Shown: positions 57,513 through 64,000 of the stretch, one piece after another
Numbering within the stretch: position 1 is the stretch's first letter
Layout of the letters: each line of letters starts with the position of its first letter
NCBI GenBank assembly: GCA_029060065.1
Contig: JAIDUT010000023.1
Coordinates: forward strand, 14,342 to 78,341
Direction of reading: 5' to 3'
DNA: 64,000 nt
DNA from: Clostridia bacterium
Lineage (GTDB): Bacteria > Bacillota > Clostridia > Christensenellales > UBA3700
Notes under the pieces: generated by a model
Told to the model about the DNA's origin: nothing
Databases searched by the model: none
What the model saw: the letters and a program-made list of their open reading frames with translations, nothing else
Position numbers and translations under genes: made by a program

Positions 57513-58238
57513 TTAAGCCTCGGCTTCGCCTGCCGTCGTAGCCTTGCGCTTGTCTGAAATCTTTCTTGCCAGATACAACACAGGCGTGTCAAGTAAAGTC
57601 GTTACGATATAAATTACGTAACTTGAACCGAATATTGACATCAAGGTCTTGAAGTCATACGTACCTACGAATGCTATTATTGTAAATAAGAACGTATTGA
57701 GGATTTGACTTATCAGCGTCGAACCGTTATTACGTAGCCACAGATACTTACGTTTTTCGCCAAACTTCTTTTCCGTAAACTTCCACCACTTATGATAGAG
57801 CCATACGTCGAAAATTTGACTTACAGCGTATACTGCGAGCGACGCTAGTATAAGTCTTGGCGTGTTGGAAAATACAGCTTTTATAGCTTGCATTGCGGTA
57901 TCGCTCTCGCTTGGCTTATACAATAGCCAACTCTGCGAAAGTATAAGGAAGAAAATCTGAGAGAAGATGCCTATAAACACCGCTTTATTTGCGCTCTTCT
58001 TGCCTTCACATTCCGATAGTATGTCGGTGATTAAGAACGTCACGGCAAACAACACATTGCCAAGCGTCTGCTCCATTCCGAATGCTTTGATGAGTATAAT
58101 TACCTCGACGTTTGCAAGCACGGTCGCAAGCGCCGACACGCAGTAAAGTCCGCTTTTGCCAAACAGCTTATATGCAAGTAGCGCAACTCCGTAAATTACT
58201 ATTAACGACAAAATCAAAATCAATTCGTTCATAATCAA
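57513..58238 (-). CDS. yhhQ: queuosine-precursor transporter (YhhQ/VUT, DUF165 family)
   Basis: 241 aa with about 6 helices. FLITDILSE and TLISQ motifs are typical of YhhQ. Confidence 0.8.
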   Translation of the reverse strand: MIMNELILILSLIVIYGVALLAYKLFGKSGLYCVSALATVLANVEVIILIKAFGMEQTLGNVLFAVTFLITDILSECEGKKSANKAVFIGIFSQIFFLILSQSWLLYKPSESDTAMQAIKAVFSNTPRLILASLAVYAVSQIFDVWLYHKWWKFTEKKFGEKRKYLWLRNNGSTLISQILNTFLFTIIAFVGTYDFKTLMSIFGSSYVIYIVTTLLDTPVLYLARKISDKRKATTAGEAEA

Positions 58239-58930
58239 TCTCCTACTCCAAAATCAGTATTATTTATCAAGATATCCACTCTGTCGTTGTCGATATACTT
58301 GGGATATATAAATTGCATAAACTCGCCTATAACCTTTTTATTAGGTTTTACGTCGGTTGAATTGTCGCACATAATATTTACGCACACTCTCTCGAAATTC
58401 TCCAAAGCAAGTCGTATATCCTTTTCCATACTTTCTTCGCTCTGCCCGCTTAGACCCAACAAAAGATTGACTTCGTCAAAGCCACGGGAAATGACTTGCG
58501 GATTGCTCTCGGCTATACCTTTGCAAAGAATATCCTCACGCAAGCGATAATCAAACGTTTCTAAGCCGAGTTTCATCTTGACGTCGAACTCTTTGAACTG
58601 CTCTCTCAATTCGTTTATTCTATTGCGATAAAGCCAGTGCGCCTCAAAGTGCAAAGTCTTTATCCCCCTTTCATTACATATCTTTTTGATGTAGCCAAGC
58701 GTAGCCTTGTCAAGTTCGAATACCGACCCACTGTTGATTACTTCCAAATCTCCGTATATTCCGCTAACCTTGTCAAGCACCTCTTTATTGAGAGCAAAAT
58801 TCAATGCTTCGTCCTTGCAACTATCTAAATAATAGTCGCAGAATTTGCATTTCTTATATACGCAACCGCTTCCGCGAAGCAGTACGATTTCTCGCTTTCT
58901 GTTGTTATCTATTACGCTATATCTTTGCAT
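58235..58930 (-). CDS. small radical-SAM-like protein with CX4CX2C cluster motif
   Basis: 231 aa. LLRGSGCVYKKCKFCDYY near the N-terminus, with a partial TIM-barrel length. 4-nt overlap with yhhQ. Confidence 0.65.
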   Translation of the reverse strand: MQRYSVIDNNRKREIVLLRGSGCVYKKCKFCDYYLDSCKDEALNFALNKEVLDKVSGIYGDLEVINSGSVFELDKATLGYIKKICNERGIKTLHFEAHWLYRNRINELREQFKEFDVKMKLGLETFDYRLREDILCKGIAESNPQVISRGFDEVNLLLGLSGQSEESMEKDIRLALENFERVCVNIMCDNSTDVKPNKKVIGEFMQFIYPKYIDNDRVDILINNTDFGVGD

Positions 58931-59051
58931 ATTTTTCCTTTATATAACCTCTTTATCTCTATAACATACTGCTATAAGTGTCAACTCAAATCGGTAGCAA
59001 AATTGCAAAACCACTTTCATAAACATTCTGACTCTCTAACGCTTATAATGA

Positions 59052-59209
59052 GAGCCAACGCTTAGGCGACGCGATTAGATTGCGTAAGCGATTCGCGCGA
59101 TAAGCAGGATACGCATTGTCGGTCGTAGCAGAGTTACGTCCACAATGCGTAGACGAACTTAGCGTGTGAATCGATAGCAAGATTATCGCATGAGCCTAAG
59201 CGTTGGCTC
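59052..59209. repeat. 158-bp imperfect palindrome (16-bp perfect terminal arms)
   Basis: GAGCCAACGCTTAGGC (59052-59067) pairs perfectly with GCCTAAGCGTTGGCTC (59194-59209). The inner arms are about 75% complementary, including ACGCATTGT/ACAATGCGT. The apical loop is at about 59120-59142. Confidence 0.8.
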
Positions 59210-59213
59210 GTGC

Positions 59214-59330
59214 ACAAAAAAAGCGCCCAACTAAGGACGCTACGATTACGTATCGAATTTCCCTAGTTTTGATTTTGCTTACGCAAGGCAGGATGGTCAC
59301 GAACTGCCCACTATTAAATTGAGTTTCACT
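59214..59330 (-). ncRNA. candidate ~110-nt small RNA or attenuator-type leader (orphan promoter-to-terminator unit)
   Basis: Bounded by a canonical promoter (59337-59365) and an intrinsic terminator, AGCGTCC-TTAGTT-GGGCGCT followed by a T-run (59216-59241). Internal hairpins are GGCAG-12 nt-CTGCC and TTGC-GTAA-GCAA. No SD or ORF. Confidence 0.4.
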
Positions 59331-59336
59331 GATATA

Positions 59337-59365
59337 AATATACTATTAAGATATAATATTGTCAA
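59337..59365 (-). promoter_or_regulatory. sigma-A-type promoter of the candidate small RNA
   Basis: Minus strand reads TTGACA, a 17-nt spacer, then TATATT. Confidence 0.55.
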
Positions 59366-59371
59366 ATGATA

Positions 59372-59401
59372 TTGAAAAAAAGTTTACGTTAATGTTATAA
59401 T
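59372..59401 (+). promoter_or_regulatory. promoter of GH2 gene, back-to-back with the small-RNA promoter
   Basis: TTGAAA, an 18-nt spacer, then TGtTATAAT (extended -10), 20 nt before the ATG. Confidence 0.55.
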
Positions 59402-59421
59402 ATTTTTGATAAGAGGTGAAT

Positions 59422-61143
59422 ATGGCAAACAACTTAAAAACTCCTTGGTCGGATAAAATAGATACGACGGCTTACCCGCGTCCGCAGATGCAACGTCAAA
59501 GTTATCACTCCCTTGACGGGAATTGGCAATATAAGATACAAAAAGGTAATTTGGATACACCTATAGTAGACGGCGACTTCGACGGTATTATCAAAGTTCC
59601 GTTTTCGCCCGAAAGTATGCTCTCAGGCGTGGATAAATCTAGATTGACGGACGGATTTCTTCAACCTGACGAAGTTCTTATTTACCGCCTTGAATTTGCA
59701 ACACAAGAAAAAGACGGTTTGGCAATTTTGCACTTTGGAGCGGTGGACTATGAATGCAAGGTTTTACTCAACGGTAATTTAATAGGCGGTCACGTAGGCG
59801 GATATACGGCTTTTGAAATAGAGATAAGTGAATATCTGCAAGAATTGAACGTCCTTGAAGTGCGCGTAGTCGACCCCTCTGACAGTATGCCAATAAGCCG
59901 TGGCAAGCAAAAAATCAAACATGGCGGTATATGGTATACTCCCACGTCGGGAATATGGCAAAGCGTGTGGATAGAATACGTACCTAAAGTTTATATCAAA
60001 TCGATAAAGATAACCCCAAATCTTGATAACTCCCTAGTAAATATCAAAGTGACTACTAACGTTCCTAGCGAAGCGGAGATAATTTTGAAAGGAAAAACTT
60101 ACGCAACGCAAAACGGCGAAGTCGATGTTCATATAGAAAATCCCCGCGAGTGGTCGCCCGACGACCCGTACCTATATTATTTTGACGTCATATGCGGAAA
60201 AGATAAAGTGACAAGTTACTTCGCAATGCGCAAGTTTTCCATTGGCAAACGCGCAGACGGCAAACCCTGTTTTATGCTCAACAACAAGCCTTATTTCATG
60301 ACGGGCTTACTCGACCAAGGGTATTGGTCGGACGGACTTAATACCGCGCCTAGCGATGAAGCTCTGATATACGATATCCAACTTGCCAAAGACTGCGGAT
60401 TTAATACCCTACGCAAACATATCAAAATCGAGCCAATGCGTTGGTATTACCATTGCGACCGACTGGGTATGATTGTATGGCAAGACTTCGTAAACGGCGG
60501 TGGTAAATACAACAAATCGGCAATACTTCTCTTGCCTAATATCGGAATAAATATTAAAGATGATAATTACGGATTTTACGCTCGCAAGGATAAAGTCGGT
60601 AAAGAACTGTATTATAAAGAGATGTCCGAAGTAGTAGCACAATTATTCAACTGCCCTTGCATTGGACTGTGGACGCCTTTTAACGAGGGCTGGGGACAAT
60701 TCGACGCTCTAAAAGTGACCGAGTATCTTAAAACTCTCGACCATACCCGACTTATAGATCACGCGAGCGGTTGGAGCGACCAAGGCGGAGAGATACGAAG
60801 CATACACAAATATTTCGTTAAATTCAAAATGCCTCGCAATGAAAACCGTCCCGTTGCGCTAAGCGAATACGGCGGATACGCAATGAAAGTAGACGGACAT
60901 ACCTTTGCCGACAAAGCATTCGGATATGCGATATATAAAGACGGACAATCGCTTGATAGAGCATTGCTCAAACTGTGGCAAAATGAAATCATCCCTGCAA
61001 AAGAGAAAGGGCTGTGCGCCTCGATTTATACGCAAGTTAGCGACGTACAGAGCGAAGTCAACGGCTTAGTAACCTACGACCGTCAAGTCGTAAAAGTTAA
61101 CATAGTCGCGCTCAAAGCTCTAAACGACGAGTTGGTTAATTGA
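59422..61143 (+). CDS. glycoside hydrolase family 2 protein (specificity unknown; no signal peptide)
   Basis: About 573 aa. GGYTAFEIEI sugar-binding domain, WSPDDPYLY, FNTLRKH and WTPFNEGWGQ (acid/base NE). ATG 59422 has SD AAGAGGTG. Confidence 0.8.
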   Translation: MANNLKTPWSDKIDTTAYPRPQMQRQSYHSLDGNWQYKIQKGNLDTPIVDGDFDGIIKVPFSPESMLSGVDKSRLTDGFLQPDEVLIYRLEFATQEKDGLAILHFGAVDYECKVLLNGNLIGGHVGGYTAFEIEISEYLQELNVLEVRVVDPSDSMPISRGKQKIKHGGIWYTPTSGIWQSVWIEYVPKVYIKSIKITPNLDNSLVNIKVTTNVPSEAEIILKGKTYATQNGEVDVHIENPREWSPDDPYLYYFDVICGKDKVTSYFAMRKFSIGKRADGKPCFMLNNKPYFMTGLLDQGYWSDGLNTAPSDEALIYDIQLAKDCGFNTLRKHIKIEPMRWYYHCDRLGMIVWQDFVNGGGKYNKSAILLLPNIGINIKDDNYGFYARKDKVGKELYYKEMSEVVAQLFNCPCIGLWTPFNEGWGQFDALKVTEYLKTLDHTRLIDHASGWSDQGGEIRSIHKYFVKFKMPRNENRPVALSEYGGYAMKVDGHTFADKAFGYAIYKDGQSLDRALLKLWQNEIIPAKEKGLCASIYTQVSDVQSEVNGLVTYDRQVVKVNIVALKALNDELVN

Positions 61144-61156
61144 TAATTTAGATAAT

Positions 61157-61822
61157 TTATTCAGAACTCTTTTCTTCAGCAAACTTTATCTTGCCCTTTA
61201 CAACTCTGCCTACGGCAAAAGTAAGGGGCATATAAAACGCAGACATTCTTCCCCATTTTATACTCTCGACTTTGCCGTAAGAATTGATACAAACTCCGCT
61301 ATCCGTAAACTTGCAAAGCACGTACCTGCCCGTCGCGCACGCCAGAGTTTTTGCGCAGGTAATTCTCTCTATATCGGAATAAGAAGAGTTTAGACAAAAG
61401 ATATATCTGCACCCTTTCAACGCGCCTTGCCAAAGCTGAGGATAACATATATCGCTGTCAACGAATACGCACACCTTACCTCTTGAGGTCATATAAGAAC
61501 GCACTGTGGACGAGGCTACGTATCCTTTTGGCGGAGTTATCTCGTCACTGACGCCCAAGATATGTCCGTTGTCAATGACGCATACGCTGTTGTATATCTT
61601 CTCGCCAATTTTTGCGCGCATAGCAACCAAGATAATTACGCCCTTGTCTTTGCTGTACTCCACTATATCTCTCAGAATATTAGTCCTACCGCTTAGCTCT
61701 GCAGGCATATCTACAAGACCTACGACTTCTCGAGTTAAGAGTAAAATATCGTTGGGAGAAATCATTGCGCCGTATTCTTCAATTACTCTATCAAATTCAA
61801 TATCGGAAAAGCAAAAAATCAT
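61157..61822 (-). CDS. hypothetical protein, weak carbon-nitrogen hydrolase-like pattern
   Basis: 221 aa. EKIYNSVCVI and VCVFVDSDICYPQLW resemble the K and C regions of nitrilase-superfamily proteins, but the protein is short and the match is by eye only. Confidence 0.35.
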   Translation of the reverse strand: MIFCFSDIEFDRVIEEYGAMISPNDILLLTREVVGLVDMPAELSGRTNILRDIVEYSKDKGVIILVAMRAKIGEKIYNSVCVIDNGHILGVSDEITPPKGYVASSTVRSYMTSRGKVCVFVDSDICYPQLWQGALKGCRYIFCLNSSYSDIERITCAKTLACATGRYVLCKFTDSGVCINSYGKVESIKWGRMSAFYMPLTFAVGRVVKGKIKFAEEKSSE

Positions 61823-61915
61823 ACTGCATTTTATGACGGTATGTAAGAAATGGTGAATTAAGCGTCTATTTATTTGCGTTAATATAAAATTGTTAAAAGT
61901 ATATCCACTAAATTC

Positions 61916-62821
61916 TTAATTCAATTTATATGGCGTAACTTGGTACACGTAGTAGTTAAGCCAGTTGTTGAAAAGAAGATACGCCGTACTTCGCCAAGAG
62001 AGATTGATATTATAAAGTCCGTCATCTTCGAAATAGTTGACGGGTTTTTGAATATCCAAACCTTTTTCAACGTCGCGCAGATATTCTTTCTTTAAGGTGG
62101 TGCGGTCGTATTCGCTGTGTCCTAGGAAGAAAAATCTTTTGTTGTCCACGCTTTTGATTACGGCAACACCGCACTCTTTTCCGCTCGCAAGTACTTTAAG
62201 GTCGGGTATGCTTCTCAGCTTGTCCTCGTCTATATCGGTATGGCGCGACATAGGAATATACATCTTATCATTCATACCTTTGAGTAAAGCGTCGTACTTA
62301 TCTTCCGCTATGACTTCGTAAATGCCGAAGAGTTTGTTGGCACGGCTGTGTTTAGTTATTCCGTAGTGATAATACAGTCCTGCTTGCGCTCCCCAACAGA
62401 TATGTATCGTAGAAGTTACGTTGGTGTCCGCCCATGCCATAATATCGCTGAGTTCTTTCCAGTACGCTACTTCTTCAAAGCCCATTTGCTCAACAGGCGC
62501 GCCCGTAATAATCATGCCGTCAAAATGTCTGTGCTTTATCTCGTCAAAGACCTTGTAGAACTTGTGCATATGGCTTTGAGGCGTATTTTTAGAAATATAA
62601 GAATCCATATTGACAAGCGTAACGTTGATTTGAAGCGACGAATTGCCAAGCAGTCGCATAAGTTGCGTTTCCGTATCAATCTTGGTAGGCATGAGATTGA
62701 CTATTGCAATCTCAATGGGTCTTATATCTTGGCTTACCGCTCTTTCATTCGGCATAACAAAGATTTTCTCTTTGGTAAGCACGTCAAAAGCAGGTAAGTC
62801 CTTTGGTATTACTATTGGCAT
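61916..62821 (-). CDS. metA: homoserine O-acyltransferase (MetA family)
   Basis: 301 aa. MPIVIPKDLPAFDVL...IAIVNLMPTKIDTETQ...ICWGAQAGLY. Confidence 0.9.
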   Translation of the reverse strand: MPIVIPKDLPAFDVLTKEKIFVMPNERAVSQDIRPIEIAIVNLMPTKIDTETQLMRLLGNSSLQINVTLVNMDSYISKNTPQSHMHKFYKVFDEIKHRHFDGMIITGAPVEQMGFEEVAYWKELSDIMAWADTNVTSTIHICWGAQAGLYYHYGITKHSRANKLFGIYEVIAEDKYDALLKGMNDKMYIPMSRHTDIDEDKLRSIPDLKVLASGKECGVAVIKSVDNKRFFFLGHSEYDRTTLKKEYLRDVEKGLDIQKPVNYFEDDGLYNINLSWRSTAYLLFNNWLNYYVYQVTPYKLN

Positions 62822-62858
62822 ATTAACTCCTTTTGCAATCTACTTGCAAAACTTCTTC

Positions 62859-64000
62859 TTATTTATCCAAACTGTCCAACGCTTGTTTTACGTCTGCTAT
62901 GAGGTCGTCGATATTCTCTATTCCGACGGATAGACGTATAAGCTCGGGAGATACTCCTGCATTGGCAAGTTCTGTATCATTCATCTGACGGTGCGTAGCG
63001 CTCGCCGGATGCAGACAACAACTGCGCGCGTCCGCAACGTGAGTTTCGATAGCGATAACTTTGAGATGCTTCATCACTTCTTCTGCGGATTTTCTTCCGC
63101 CCTTGACTCCGAAACTCAATACCCCGCAAGAGCCGTTGGGCAAGTATTTCGTAGCAAGTTCATAGCTCTTATCTCCCTTAAGATTGGGATAAGTTACCCA
63201 CTCTACGTTCTTGTGGCTTTGCAAAAACTGCGCCATTTTCAACGCATTGGAACAGTGTCTCTCCATTCTCACCGCAAGACTTTCCAGTCCGAGGTTGAGT
63301 ATGTAAGCGTTTTGCGGAGATTGAATGGAACCGAAATCTCTCATTAGTTGAGCTGTAGCCTTGGTAATAAAAGCTCCGCCAAGTCCGAATCTCTCTGTAT
63401 AAGTTACGCCGTGATAACTTTCGTCCGGAGTACAAAGCCCTGCGAATTTATCTGGATACTTTGTCCAATCGAACTTACCGCTGTCAATAATTGCTCCGCC
63501 TACGCCTGCGCCGTGTCCGTCCATATACTTTGTAGTGGAATGCGTAACTATATCTGCGCCCCATTCAAACGGTCTGCAATTTATCGGCGTAGCAAAAGTA
63601 TTGTCTACAATAAGAGGTACGCCGTGCGCATGCGCAACTTTGGCAAATCTCTCTATATCGAATACGACGATTGCAGGATTGGCGATAGTTTCGCCAAATA
63701 CCGCCTTTGTGTTGGGTCTGAAAGCCTTTTCAAGTTCTTCGTCTGAACAGTCGGGCTTGACGAAAGTAAACTCAATACCCATTCTCTTCATAGTAACGGA
63801 AAACAGATTGTACGTTCCGCCGTAAATCGTTGACGACGCTACAATGTGATCCCCGCATCCCGCAATATTGAATATCGCATAGAAATTGGCGGCTTGTCCC
63901 GAAGAGGTCAACATTCCTGCGCTTCCGCCCTCAAGCTCGCAAATCTTTTGAGCTACATAGTCGTTGGTCGGATTCTGTAGACGGGTATAGAAATATCCGC
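62859..64000 (-). CDS. metY: O-acetylhomoserine sulfhydrylase (PLP; 5' end lies right of the window)
   Basis: The reading frame stays open to the window edge (…YTRLQNPTNDYVAQKICELEGGSAGMLTSSGQAA…). The track ORF begins at an internal Met. STTKYMDGHG holds the PLP lysine. Confidence 0.9.
   Translation of the reverse strand, partial: GYFYTRLQNPTNDYVAQKICELEGGSAGMLTSSGQAANFYAIFNIAGCGDHIVASSTIYGGTYNLFSVTMKRMGIEFTFVKPDCSDEELEKAFRPNTKAVFGETIANPAIVVFDIERFAKVAHAHGVPLIVDNTFATPINCRPFEWGADIVTHSTTKYMDGHGAGVGGAIIDSGKFDWTKYPDKFAGLCTPDESYHGVTYTERFGLGGAFITKATAQLMRDFGSIQSPQNAYILNLGLESLAVRMERHCSNALKMAQFLQSHKNVEWVTYPNLKGDKSYELATKYLPNGSCGVLSFGVKGGRKSAEEVMKHLKVIAIETHVADARSCCLHPASATHRQMNDTELANAGVSPELIRLSVGIENIDDLIADVKQALDSLDK

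Noticed and set aside
58931-59000. Looked for a preQ1 riboswitch directly upstream of the radical-SAM/yhhQ operon.
   Set aside because: The proximal promoter (TTGACA at 58979-58984, TGtTATAGA -10 region) leaves only about 25 nt of 5' UTR. There is no P1 stem or A-rich/CUAGG tail. The more distal candidate is reported separately as a finding.
59052-59209. Integron attC site or group II intron domain. The arms contain CTTAGGC/GCCTAAG, one base off the GTTAGGC/GCCTAAC cores, and the element starts GAGCC.
   Set aside because: The core sites do not fit RYYYAAC/GTTRRRY exactly. There is no second attC, no intI and no cassette ORF. There is no group II 5' GUGYG or an adjacent reverse transcriptase, and the stem is far longer than domain V.
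1-64000. Scanned intergenic regions for tRNA/rRNA/tmRNA, CRISPR repeats, IS elements, integrases and prophage genes.
   Set aside because: None found. All gaps over 150 bp (3047-3542, 9546-9746, 15716-16087, 23171-23405, 51590-51768, 58931-59421) are accounted for by promoters, terminators or the repeats described.

Overview
Dense 64-kb chromosomal window with about 58 protein genes. It comes from a spore-forming Gram-positive, Clostridia-like Firmicute, judged from a GerA-type germinant receptor operon, rpsF-ssb-rpsR, TagD/TagF/LicD-type cell-wall genes and strong AGGAGG-type SDs. Lines I sampled by eye give roughly 40-45% GC in core genes. I saw no rRNA, tRNA, CRISPR array, transposase or integrase.

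Layout, left to right:
(1) At the window edge, an Hsp70-fold ATPase gene is translationally coupled to an SNF2/RapA-like helicase gene (truncated by the edge). About 0.4 kb of 20-30% GC DNA separates the pair from core genes. This is my best candidate for an undescribed conflict/defence-type module, but only part of it is visible.
(2) rpsF-ssb-rpsR, gltX, an M20 dipeptidase, a dGTPase-like HD protein and a DUF45 metalloprotease.
(3) GH38 alpha-mannosidase.
(4) An XRE repressor divergent from a zinc-ribbon polytopic membrane protein, with a palindromic operator inside the promoter spacer.
(5) myo-inositol catabolic operon iolJ-C-B-D-E-A, a 370-bp hairpin-rich spacer, then iolG.
(6) An 11.5-kb, visibly AT-richer (about 30% GC) 12-gene Wzx/Wzy-dependent phospho-glycopolymer locus. 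It holds a PglC-like transferase, DegT aminotransferase, four GTs including GT14, LicD, an IspD/TarI-like gene, Wzy, Wzx, a TagF-like gene and TagD.
(7) GH20 hexosaminidase, two tandem zinc-ribbon membrane proteins, trxA and rubrerythrin.
(8) An amino-acid ABC transporter plus a YerC/TrpR-like gene.
(9) GH2 beta-mannosidase.
(10) A gerA-type tricistronic operon.
(11) nagA-esterase, an orphan lipoprotein, and NahK-like kinase-galE-PglF-like dehydratase.
(12) A radical-SAM (CX4CX2C) plus yhhQ operon. It is preceded by 0.5 kb of non-coding DNA holding an orphan promoter-to-terminator unit (~110 nt) and a 158-bp imperfect palindrome.
(13) GH2, a CN-hydrolase-like ORF and metY-metA (metY truncated by the edge).

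Also notable is a ~140-nt module repeated directly after two unrelated stop codons (rpsR and iolA). All family calls rest on motif recognition by eye; no database search was possible.
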